Assembly: GCA_964304625.1 (NCBI GenBank)
Contig: OZ199840.1
Location: 209,309-273,308 of the forward strand
Origin: Kudoa neothunni
Taxonomy: Eukaryota > Animalia > Cnidaria
Direction of reading: 5' to 3'
DNA length: 64,000 nt
Shown: one piece after another, positions 38,791-51,487 of the stretch
Layout of the letters: the number at the start of each line of letters is the position of its first letter
How positions within the stretch are numbered: the first letter of the stretch is position 1
Translations under genes and position numbers: made by a program
The notes under the pieces: generated by a model
Seen by the model: the letters and a program-made list of their open reading frames with translations, nothing else
Told to the model about the DNA's origin: nothing
The model's database searches: none

Positions 38791-41789
38791 ATGAAAATAA
38801 CCAGATTTCTCTACCTTGCTTTAGGTATCATCCCGAGTCTATTTTAATACTAATGTAAGTTTAGGTCTTTTGATATCATGCACAGTCAATGCTACCGGGC
38901 CTTCAAGTCCTCAAGCTGCACCTGCACCTGCGGCTCTAGCTCCAACGAAAACGCTGAAATACCAGATTGTGAAAGGTGCATCTAATAGCCCAAACCAAAT
39001 TAAGATCAAACTTGAAGGCTCTGAATATCCGAGGGGCAATAAGTGTGTTTTAAGGCGATCTAACGAAGCGGAAATCGCAGCCTCTACTACTGCTCCTCGT
39101 GTAACAACAGCTGAGTTTAAAGACATCTATAACTGCGCTGCTAATGATAGTGATAATGCTTCTAATCAATGTGTTGTCGATTGTAATACTGATGAGAATA
39201 AAATCACTTACGATATACTATCACCAAGAACCAAATACATATATGTCAACGTCGGCAGTGGCACAGATACTGTTAAAGAAAAAGTAAATGGAGCAGGATC
39301 AAAAGTATTCGGATATTCAATACGTAAATCAACTTAATTTAATACGAAAATAAATTAAATTTAGCACTATTGACCAACCCACATATCGCCGTTTCTACAG
39401 ACACTGCCAACAATAAGTTGCAATTCCTAGTCAAAACTTGTGCTCCCGTAAATTGCCCAATTTATTATAAAGATATCCAATATGAAGTTGGTACCAAAGG
39501 GGAAGATTGTAAAACTGGGAATACTGCAAACACAGTTGATTTTGATTTATTGTTACCTCATTACGAAGTGAAGTGCGGAAATTACCCCAGTTTCTTTTAC
39601 GATATGCCCAATCAATATATGAAGAAAAACATAGCCATTTATGAGCCTCAGTTTTATATCGTAACTAAAATTGAAAACAAAGTTGGAATTAAATTCACTA
39701 ATTCCTTGTCGTCTGAAATATGTTTGTTCCGTCTAAAAGATGGTTTGAATGCAGCAACTGATCAATCATATACGTCCGCTTGTGGTGGTGCCGGTAAAGA
39801 TTGTTACGCCCCATGTAACTACGTCGAACTCAATGGCATTGCGGGGAAAAAGTTTTATAAAGTTTTAATCCAAACAAGGTATCGCGACATAAAAGCTACC
39901 GGTGATAGTCCGGATGGTTACACGCAAACTAAATTCGGTAATTCTTACATTAAGACGAATTTTTCATTATTTTCATTAGCAATTACTGAACCAGCTGGAG
40001 GATTTCTTTCTACTTATACTAATGTTGGCGTTTCGTTTGACGGTACCCCATTTAAAGAAGGAACTAATCCACAAATTAATATATGTACTCTTAAACATTA
40101 TTTTGCTGATAAACCAAAGCCAGCCACCCCAACCGGCACAACATGTACCACTCAGAGCAGCAGCAGCACCACTTGCAACACTGATTGCTCAAAATTGGTA
40201 ATTGAGGGACTTTCAGCAGGAAAAGCGTACGTGATTGAGATTACATTTGGTGGAATTAATGATCCAAGTGGTTTCAAAGAACATATATTCATAAGAACAG
40301 GTAAATCAGTATATATATTTTATAAAATAACGAATTATATATAGCAAAGGGAACAGGTAAAGAGTATGGAACTACTGATCCTACGAAGACAGACACGACA
40401 GTCTCTCTTACAGCTATGGCTGGGCTTTCATCGGGAGAAAAGAAAGATGAACCTACCTGTGAGTATTTAATAAGTCCGACCGGATTAGATAGCTTTTTCC
40501 ATGCGAAATGCAATGGCAACACCCCGTGTAGAGGAATTTGCAGTGAACAAGTTACGATAGAAAACCTTGAGCCAAACAAACCTTATGACATCAGGGTCAT
40601 CGCACATAAGGATTACGACATAAAAGATTACACAAATATACAAACAGGTTATTGAAGTTATAATTTATTCTTTAAAATTTTTATAGCATTAACAACGTTA
40701 ACGATAACACACAAGATCACATTGGATGGTTTGTCATTGAAGGCAAGATTAAATTCCGTGGATCCAACTGCAACATGCAGTTATATCGTAAAGAAGAAAA
40801 CTGGTAACGATTACATAGATTATTACACATGTCCAGTGGTGTCGGAAGTAGCGACGCCTGTTACTGCCCCGGTAGCACCACCACCACCCGCTTCAGCTCC
40901 TACTTCCAGTTTAAGTTCTGCGGATCTCAACATAGCTAGAATTGCCATACCGACGACAGCAGATGATGGTCCAATGACAGCAGCGAAATCTTCAGTTCCG
41001 GATACTTCAGATACACAGCTTGCTGATGTCGCGAACAGCGCAAACACATGTTCTTCAAACCCCCTTTGCAGTTCCATAACATTTCCCGAGTATGAAGCAG
41101 CAAATACATACAAAATTTTAGTCACAGCTATTGGAAAATCTTCACAACAAGAGCATATCATAGAATCAAGTATTACAATTAATGTCTCTATTAAGAATTT
41201 TTTAAACGAAACTTGTATTAGCTGCACCACAAGTAAACCCAACTGACTCCTCAAAATTGATATCAGTCGTCATTACACGTGATGGGAACAGTTTCATTGT
41301 AACCACCACACTTCCATCCAGTATGAACGATAAATCAAAATGCAGATGGGAGTTACGTAATAGCAGTGTCAAGTCTAATGCTGTAGTAAAATCTTGCATG
41401 GGAAGAAGCGTAGACAGATGTACTGCCTTTGTGACCTGTAAAGAATTCAAAATAGATAATTTACCTGATGGAAATAACTATTATTTGACTGTTTACAATG
41501 CTCAAGATAATAATATTTTCGGTGGTGCTGACATTCAACAAGGTATATTATTTGTTCACAGTGTGATTTAATGTTATATATTGTAGGAGCAAAGAGTAGT
41601 TCAGGGTGAGCTTAATAATATGTTTTTATCAAATTTAACATATTTTAGGGATAAAACCAAACTTATGTAAACATTTTTAGATGCTAATATTTGAATTTAC
41701 TGGATTTTAGAATCATTATTGCATGCGTTGCTCTGATTGTGGTTGTGGCGGTAGTTGGAACCGTGGTATTGAAGAAGAAAAGGGATTAA
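38791..41789 (+). CDS. Paralogue C, intact, 869 aa type I membrane protein with Cys-rich FN3-like modules
   Basis: Exons 38791-38824, 38865-39323, 39365-39937, 39980-40300, 40345-40647, 40687-41169, 41222-41542, 41587-41605, 41649-41666, 41711-41789 (2610 nt, open frame, all GT-AG). Signal MKITRFLYLALGLLISC, TM IIIIACVALIVVVAVVGTVVL, tail KKKRD*. Confidence 0.93.
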
Positions 41790-42129
41790 ATTAAGTTTCG
41801 TTAACTATAGTTTATAGGTAATATTTATGATAGAAATTTTTCGATCACGTGGCATTATTTTATATTTTGAATCATTAGTTGAACTTATTGTTTTTTAAAA
41901 TTTGTATGTGTCTTTAGAGAGGAAATATGATCTCCGATATTTTTTTATAAAATTATATGATTTTAGCAGAATTGTCTCCAATTTATATTAGCTTCAAATA
42001 AGCTTTTTGTGACTCTAATTATAATTTGAAATCTGATCAAATTATGTTCATGAATTTCCAGGTTAAAATATTAATATCTTGAGTTTGAATTTATTGGAAA
42101 AATTTATCATAGAAAAGTTAAATGAAAAA

Positions 42130-42323
42130 ATCGGAACGACAGCACATTCTCTGGTTCACATTACGCGTGCGCCGACAATTTTTACAGAAGAAAAACATCA
42201 CTCTCAGAACTGAGCACATCCACACCATTCCTTAACATCTTCTCATAGAATTAATCTATTCGCGAATCCGACTCATTTAGCTGTCGAACATACGCTGAAA
42301 CCTTGACTTGAAACCGAACCTCT
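42130..42323 (-). mobile_element. Possible LINE endonuclease (APE) relic
   Basis: VSAYVRQLNESDSRID*FYEKML..SESDVFLL weakly resembles the RTE-type xSAYAP..D.FY..L motif. Confidence 0.3.
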
Positions 42324-42327
42324 TTAA

Positions 42328-44723
42328 CCCTTTGATGCCTAAAAATCAAGGAGTGAGAAAATATTTTTATTGAGAATGTAAAAATACCTAAAAAATAAAA
42401 ATTAATAATATATATACAAATTTAAGAAATATTTAATTAGGAAGTCTATTAAACTTAATGGTGCCATATGGCACCATTCGGAGACAGCATGGTCTCCAAA
42501 ATGCAATGCGCATGCTCGAAATTTAAAAAAAAACAACGTCGCTCCCAAAAAGTACACGTATAACAGATAAACCTAATAAAAAAATTTATTTTTTTGTATG
42601 ATAATCTAAGAAGCAGTTTCTATTTATATTTAAGTATAAGTGGGCATCGCATTTGAGGCACATTGTTCTGGAATGCAGTCCACAAAATTTACATCTTATT
42701 TTGGTCGTTGTGCATTCTGGGAAATGTGAGATTTGGTCAAATCGTACATTTTTACTTACCTTTTACTCAGAAAGATTATAGACCCTAGCTGTCATTGGAA
42801 TTGGTGTGGTAACAAAATCGGATGTGGACGGCCTACCTCTCTTCCTCATCATATTTACCACCTGATTCACATGCATCATTTGCTCGTTCACCAAAACGCT
42901 AAAATCCATTAAACAGAGAATATTTTTGGCAGGAATTTCGTTTAGCAGGCACTGGCGTTTGTAAACAAGCCATCCGTTAAGGATACACAAATTAATGGCC
43001 CACAAAAATATCCTCTTGAACCATTTTTTGGATTTATGGTCCAATCGATAAAGAGTCATCAGCATGTCAAAAAAGTCCACTCCACCCATGTTTCGATTGT
43101 AAATTTTGATGATATGTGGGAAATTGATTTTTACAGCTTTTTTTCTCTTTTCGGTCGTATCTGTCGATAGTGCTCATAGGAGAAATAGAGTGAGCGGTCG
43201 ATATCACAGTTACGACGGAGCTGTCTAACCAACGCACAATGTTAGTTTTTGAATTTTTATCTGCATATAGTGCGTATTCGTAACTGCCCCTTTTCAATTT
43301 TTTAAAGGTCTTATCATCACTGACAGGACAATTACGGAGGCGATTTCGTCTCATCGTACTCGTGGAGTGATGACCCATTTTGAGTAGAATCGAATGCAGC
43401 GGGAGCGTTGAAAAATAATTGTCAAAATATAGGTGGTGCCTGTTTCCCTTTTCAATAGACTGGACTAATTTTAAAACGATATCGGAGGATCGAAAACCCG
43501 AGTTTTCGCCATCATAAATAAAATTGCCATCTTAAAAAAAAAAGTCGTGGACAATACCACCAGACCCATTTCTTGTAAACACCTTGAACCCCCATTTTGT
43601 AGGTTTGGATGGCAGATATCGCTTGAGGCCGGACTTAACTTTAAATGGAATCATCTGCTCATCCACGCATTGATTGTTGTCGGGTTCGGTTTTCAAACAG
43701 GCCTCTCGAATAATGTCTAATAGGGGCCTTACTTTAAAAAATCGATCATAATCCTTGTGGTTACAGGATTTAACAATATCATTGTTACCACAAAAATGAA
43801 TGAATTTTTGCATATCCATGAAGCGATCTCTCGACATTTTATCAGCTATAGTTGTTATGTTGAGTTCAGCACTCCAGTAGCTCCTTATTCTAGGTAATTT
43901 AATAATGGCCATTCTTATAAGCATTCCAATGAATAACTTTATTTCGTTTACGGTAGTTCGAAACAACGAATTTTTTTCTATGGAATACTTATTAGTTTCT
44001 TTACAAATTAATTCAAATAATTTGTCGGAAAAGAACATATTAAAATATGAATAAGGATCCAAAATATTCTCTTTTTTGAGTTTCTTATTTATGAGGACGC
44101 TTTCATCTACCATGTTTAATGAGTTTTTTATAAATCGTGATTGATGGTCGTTATGATCCTCCGTGTCAGAACTAGTATCTGAGAGAATATCGGTTTTCAA
44201 ATTTTCGATTACATCATCAGATATGTTTTCAGCGTCAGATATATTGGCATCAGGTAGTAATATTAACTCCTCAACAATATCCCCATTATCGCTAATCTTT
44301 TTCACCAAATCAGAGTCCATGATAATGCCAATGCGACACAACGTGGGCGCCGAACGGTGACATATGGCACCACGAATTAATCATTCACTGTAAACCTCGA
44401 CATTTACGAACTAATAACGGCGATATACATTTTTTTAAAATTTTGTATAATTTCCAATATATATTTTTTAAATGAAAATATAATAATTTTAGGAATATGA
44501 TTCAGTCAATCAAACATTACCTGTTTATTATACAAAAAACATCGATTTGATTTGCATTTTTATTGATAAAAAAATAAAAAATACTGTTATTTGTTTTTTG
44601 ATAAAATAAAGTGGCAATTAATAATGCCCTTATAGGATATATTTATGCAGAGACACTAATACACGCCAAGAAATTTCCAAAACAATGGCATGGTGCCATA
44701 TGGCACTATTCCGTCTTAAAGTG
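42328..44723 (-). mobile_element. Full-length piggyBac transposon, transposase frameshifted
   Basis: TTAA on both sides. CVDEQMIPFK, YFDNYFS, MGGVDFFD catalytic triad and C-terminal Cys domain. Palindrome TGGTGCCATATGGCAC near both ends. Confidence 0.93.
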
Positions 44724-44984
44724 TTAACATAATCAAATCACAAATAAGAGCTTAAACTATAATTACAGTCATAAAAAATTAATTCAAAGTCAATATAAAA
44801 TGGAGAAAAATCTATTGAAATCACATAATAAAAACATCGGAGATCATATTTTCTCTCTAAAGTCGCAAGCGAAATTCAAAATATGCTAAATTCAGCTAAT
44901 GATTCAAAATATAAAATAATGCCACGTGATCGAAAAATTTCTATCATAAATATTACCTATAAACTATAGTTAACAAAAATTAAT

Positions 44985-47900
44985 TTAATCTCTTTTCTTC
45001 TTCAATACCACGATGCCAACTATTGCAATAACCACAACCACAGCAACACATGCAATAATGATTCTAAAATCAGTTAATTCAAATATCAGCACTTAAAAAT
45101 GTTTACATAAGTTTTGTTTTATTCCTAAAAAATATTAAATTTGATAGAAGCATATTATTAAGCTCACCCTGAACTACTCTTTGCTCCTACGATATATAAC
45201 ATTAAATTACACTGTGAACAAATAATATACCTTGTTGTATGTCAGCACCGCCAAAAATTGTATCATCTTCGACACTGTAAACAGTCAAATAATAGTTATT
45301 TCCATCAGGTAAATTATTTATTTTGAATTCTTTACAGGTCACAAAGGCAGTACATCTGTCTACGTTTCTTCTCATGCAAGATTTTACTACCGCATTTGAC
45401 TTGACACTGCTGTTACGTAACTCCCATTTGCATTTTGATTTATCGTTCATGGTGGCTGGAAGTGTGGTGGTTACAATGAAACTGTTCCCATCACGTGTAA
45501 TGACGACTGATATCAATTTTGAGGAGTCAGTTGGGTTTAATTGTGGTGCACCTAATATAAGTTTGATTTAAACAATTCTTAATAGAGACATTAATTGAAG
45601 AATTAATTGTAGTACTTGATTCTATAATATGCTCTTTTTGTGAAGATTTTCCGATAGCTGTGACTAAAATTTTGTATGTATTTACTGCTTCATACTCGGG
45701 AAATGTTATGGAACTGCAAAGGGGATTTGAAGAACAGGTGTTTGCGCTGTTAGTTGCACCAGCAAGCTGTGTATCTGAAGTATCCGGAACTGAAGATTTC
45801 GCTGCTGTCATTGGGCCACCATCTGCTACCATTGACACAGCAATTCTAGCTATGTTGAGATCCGCAGAACTTAAACTGGAAGTAGGAGCTGAAGCGGGTG
45901 GTGGTACCATTGGGGCGGTAACAGGTGTCGTTACTTTCGGCACCTCTGGACATGTGTAATAATCTGTGTAATCGTTACCAGTCTTCTTTTGTACCACATA
46001 ACTACAAATTGCAGTTGGATCCACGGAATTTAATCTTGCCTTCAATGACAAACCATCCAAGGTGATCTTATGTGTTATCGTTAATGTTGTTAATGCTATT
46101 AAAAATTTACAGAATAAATTATAACTTCAATAACCTGTTCGTATATCTGTGTAATCTTTTATGCCGTAATCCTTATGTGCGATCACCCTGATGTCATAAG
46201 GTTTGTTTGGCTCAAGGTCTTCTATCGTAACTTGTTCGCTGCAAATTCCTCTACATGGGGTGTTGCCATTACATTTCGCGTGAAAAAAGCTGTCCAATCC
46301 AGCCGGACTCACCAGATACTCACAGGTAGGTTCATCTTTCTTTTGTGAAGATTCAGTTGTGGTAGCAACCGTAGCTGTAAGAGAGACTGTCGTGTCTGTC
46401 TTTGTAGGGTCAGTAGTTCCATACTCTTTACTTGCTCCATTTTCTATATAATTTATTATTTTACAAAATAAATATATTGAATTACTTGTTCTTATGAATA
46501 TATATTCTTTAAAATCACTTGGAAGACTTTGGCCTGTAAATGTGATTTCAATCATGTAGGCTTTTCCCGCTGTAAGTCTTTGAAGCACTAACTTTGTTGA
46601 ACAATCAATTTTGCATTTGTTATCACCGGAACCTCCTCTGGAACTGTCAGTGTCGCATGTTGTTTCAGTTGGAGATCCTGATTTGATTATGTCTGCCAAA
46701 TAGTGTTTAAGAGTACATGTATTAATTTGTGAATTAGTTTCTCCTTTAAATGAGGTACTATCAAACTTAACACCAACATTGGTATATGAAGAAAGCAATC
46801 CGACGTCTTTTTCAGTAATCGCTAGGGAAAATAATAAAAAGTGCGTGTAAATATAAGGATTACCATATTTAGTTTGTTCATAACCTCTCAATGTACCGGC
46901 AGCGGCTTGAATGTCGTGATGCCTCGTTTGAATTAAAATTTTATAAATCTTTGTATCCGTGATGCCATTAAGTTCGACGTACTTACAAGGGGCGTAACAA
47001 CTCTTTCCGGTTCCACCACAAACTGAAATATATGATGGGTGGTTTGCTGCGTTCTGGCCATCTTTAAGACTGAATAGACATATTTCAGATGATTGCGAAT
47101 TAGTGAATTTAATTCCGATTTTTCCTTCAGTTTTGTCTACAATATAAAATTGAGGATTATAAATGGCTATGTTTTCCTTCATATATTGATTCGGCATATT
47201 GTAAAAGAAACCGGGATATTTTTCGCATCTTACTTCGTAATGCGGTAACAATAAATCAAAGTCAACTTTGTTCGCTTCATTTTCAGTATTACAATTTGTC
47301 GCCTTGGTACCTTCTGCGTATTTGATATCTTTGTAATAAATAGGACAATTTACAGGTGCACATGGTTTTGCTGCGAATTTCAACTGATGAACATCTGTAG
47401 ACACGGTAATTTGTGGATCAGCCAATAATGCTAAATTAAATTGATTTTATGTTAAATTAAATTGATTTACGTATTGAATATCCGAATACTTTTACTTCTG
47501 ATGTTCGACTTGTCCCTGTAACAGTCTGCACATCATTCCCGACATCGACTAATATGTATTTGGTCCTTGGCGAAAGCATTTCATAGGCGATTTTATTCTC
47601 ATCGGTATTACATGCGATGACACATCTACTGGTATCAGAATTATCGTTGTGGTTAGCGGCGCAGCTGGCAATATCTGCAAACGCAGCTGCTGGTACAGGA
47701 GGAGTACGAGCTGTCATTTCCGCTTCGTTAGATCGCATTATAATGCACCTTTTGTCACTTCCATAGTCAGAGCCTTCAAGTTTGATTTGAATATCGTCCA
47801 TGCCATCACTTTTCTTCACAATCTGATATTTTAACGTTTTCGTTCGAGCTTCAGCTACAGGTGCAGCTGCAACTGCAGCTGGAGGACTTGAACTTACAAC

Positions 47901-48003
47901 AGTATTGGCTGTGCTTGATATCAAAACACCTATGCTTACATTAGCATTAAAATTAACTCAGGAAAATACCTAAAACAAGGAAGAGAAATTCAGCTATTTC
48001 CAT
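44985..48003 (-). CDS. Paralogue D, apparently intact
   Basis: MEIAEFLFLVLG start, same 10-exon structure, ends IVVLKKKRD*. Introns 3 and 4 are 42 nt and stop-free, which produces the 432-aa read-through ORF. Confidence 0.92.
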
Positions 48004-49161
48004 GATTGACAGTTAAATTATTTACCAATTGATGGTTCGGAATACGATTGACCCGAATTTCGCTCATGTGTAGATGTAGTGATTCATCTATCGTCAGATA
48101 GCAAAACCTAGACTAGACAACAATTATTCAAATTATTAAAAAATTAATCTAAACTAATTTGAGGCTATCTATCTCATATCGGATTGGTAAATTAACCCTC
48201 CTAAGTTTTTGGGGTATATTCTACCCCAAAACTATTTTTACATCGCAATATCTCATTGTTTTCAACAGTCAATTTCAGGTAATTTTTTATTTTCATAAAA
48301 AAATTAATTGAGTTAATTTTAAATTGAAAATTTTTTAATTGATTAAATAGTAAACTTTCTATATAAAAAATATCCCAATATTTTTTTTCTAAAAATGACG
48401 GAAAAATTGTATATAAATTAATTACATTTCAGTGATATTGTGTGGGTAGTTACGGAGATAATCCAAGTTTATTGCGCATTTATTCAAACGGCGCATGCTC
48501 AATCCTTCACAAGTTCGACCATGAGCGATAGCGTTGACTTTAGTGTCGATATTTCTTCATCTGGAAGTGTATTTGAAGATTATGTTATAGATGAATATAA
48601 ATTGACAGATGATGAAATTGAAGTTAACGAGATTCATGTTGATTCCTTGCTTAGCAAAAGTTGGATTTCATGGAGCGTTTCAAAGCTCCCCATAACCAAA
48701 ACATGTGCGGAAAATATAATGCACTCTACCCCAGAACCTACTTGCTACACAACTCTAAAAGTAAAAAATTTGCTGGACTGCTTTCAGTCTTTTTTGCAGT
48801 TGAAATTTGGAATAAAATTATATATTTCGCTAATATATTTGGGAAACATAAATTCAAAGATGACTGATGCGACGTGGACGATATAGAATTTCGGTGTTAT
48901 TTAGGTCTTCTCGTATTAATGGGAACTCACAAAGATAGACAAGAACCCGTATGCGAACTTTTTAGCCTTAAAGAAGGAAAAGAAATATACTGGCAGTTGT
49001 TTTCTCTTCAACGATTCAAGCAGATTTCGCGTGCCCTTCATTTTGACTATTTAAATACCAGAATGCAACGCAGGGATGCCGATAAATTTTGTTCTATATG
49101 CGATTTATGGGATAACTGGGCTGAGATACTACCTAAATGTTTCGCTCCACATCAAGATGTA

Positions 49162-50680
49162 AAGTATTTCAAGATCTAAATGCAACTGGGTAAAATCAAA
49201 ATGCAACCATCCTTAGCAGAAGAAAATCTCATAGTTATGTCACGAATTTGTTTATTAAATGTTATAATTAATGGTAAAATTAAAAATACAATACTAAAAA
49301 TGTATGAGATAAACTTAAAAAAGCTAGCATAGAAGCTGATCTATTTCTGCAATAATTAGCCTATTTTTTATATCAAATGTATGTACTAAAATTTCTCCAA
49401 AATAAACTACGGTATATTCCCGTCGCTTATGTGTAGATTAATGGGGGTTTTCCATTTCAACATAAAGATCATTTGGTAGAACGATTTTTGAGATTAGAGC
49501 AAATTTCAAAATTTAAAACTTCTAATCTAACATAACATTAATTTCAGCCCTGTATTGAGAATCAGGATTTTTAATGAGGATCTGTAAACCAACATATATT
49601 TCTTGTTTTTATCAATAAGTTATTCAATAATCTGGATAATGAAGGAATCGAAAGAGTTATCCTTGTTATAGACCAGGGGTCGGCAACCCTATTAAGTTGC
49701 CGGGCCGGATAATCGTGTCAAACTAGGAGGCAGGCCAGAATATATTTAAATCCAGTAGATGTAATAAATTTTTCACAATACAATTGAAAATTGGATTAGT
49801 AAATTTATATTTTGAAATTTAAAATAATATATTTTTATCTTAACGAGAAAAAGAAACATAAAGAATGTGAATGTTCGATATTTTTATGAGGGAATTACTG
49901 GTTTTATACAATTTTTTATTTCATAATTTACCTGATATTTTTGGTGCTGAATTTAAACGTTTTTATATTCAAATTATGGTTCTAAATCGTAAAGAGCAAT
50001 AATTAAACGTTTCCATTAGCTACATAAAACTAATATCGTACAATCGGCAAAAATAAGCAAGGAATCTGCTCGGGGAAAAATTTTAATCTTTATTTTTTTA
50101 AGCTCTTTTATGCTTAAAAAAAGGGAATAATACTTAAGTAACATAGTTCACATTGCTATTAAACTTATTTATATGCTGAAGAGATCAGCATTAAAGTTGG
50201 GGAAATTATATAAGCACTGTCGAAAAAATTAACTTTATCAATGACATCCCTTGCGGGCCGGATGAGGAAAGCTCCCGGGCCAAATTTGGTCCGCGGGCCA
50301 GTCGTTGTGGACCTCTGTTATAGACAATGTTAGGTTCTATAAAACATATTTAAATATCGAACTAATTCAAAAAAACAATCATAAGCTTCTATTTTCGCCA
50401 TCATATTCGCAATTTCTTAATCCTTTCAAGAAGTTTTCTCGTCAATTAACAACGATTTTAACGAATAAATCTCCAAAAAATTAAGGAGAATTACTAAACA
50501 TCATTATGAAGAGTCTAGTAGAAGTTACTTCACAAAACTGTCCTAATTATTCAAACCACGCCGAATTCTATTTTCAAGGGTGTTTTAATATTGAAAAAAA
50601 CAGTAAATAACTAAACTAATTCATTTCTAAGAAAGTTGCATTTTGATTTTACCTAGTTGCATTTAGATCTTGAAATAATG
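49162..50680 (+). mobile_element. Tc1/IS630-like element, degenerate
   Basis: TA TSD, about 45-bp TIR TATTTCAAGATCTAAATGCAACT.GGTAAAATCAAAATGCAAC. DDE_3 relic VILVI/DNVRFYK..FSPSYSQFLNP. Confidence 0.88.
49674..50317. mobile_element. hAT MITE
   Basis: Perfect 8-bp TSD TTATAGAC. TIRs CAGGGGTCGGCAAC / GTTGTGGACCTCTG, with subterminal CGGGCC motifs. Confidence 0.92.
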
Positions 50681-51487
50681 TAATTATCGACGGGCGGGCA
50701 GCTGGTTTCATTTCGAGGTCAATACCCATTTAGTCAGTATATGTCTATGAAACCAGTAAAGTACGGCATTAAATTCTTTTTGTTGGTTCAACCAATTGCT
50801 AATTATGTTTTCAACGTTTCAATTTATCTTGGTAAAAATAATTTTGAAGTTCTGCGACAGTGTAACGCTGGAGCAAGTGTTGTCCTTTCATTGTCGACTC
50901 GATTGTTCTACTCCGGCAGAAATATCGTAGCTGATAATGTGTTTTTATCTCATCCGTTAGAAAAAAAATTACCTTAAAAAAAGGTTGACCTTCTTGGGAA
51001 CACTACGAAAAAACAAAAAAGAATTACCAAACTATCTTTCCCCCTTAAAAAAATGGACTTTTTTATAGCAGAACATTTGTTTCGCGAAAAGTTCATGTTG
51101 GTATCATACATGTCAGAAACTTAAGTGTGTTATCCTTTGGCCACTGGTACAACGGACAATACTATTTCGGACAAGACATTAAATTTCGAGCCCAGGATAA
51201 TACTGGGTTACAACGAATCTAAAGATGGTGTGGATAGTGTCGATAGGATGTTGGCTTCGGTCTCTGTTCGCCGATTCACCAGAAGATGGTCTTTAGTAGT
51301 GTTTTTCAACATGATCGATTTGTCTTTAGTCAACGCCTTTGCAATATACAAAGATGTATTAAACGATTCAAAGATTAAACGCACTTTTTTTAAAAGAATT
51401 TGCAGAGAAGCTCTATAATCCTTCGCTAATGTGGAATTCATTAGATAAGATCATTAAGAGGAAATCACCAATTCTGCCATCAATTAA

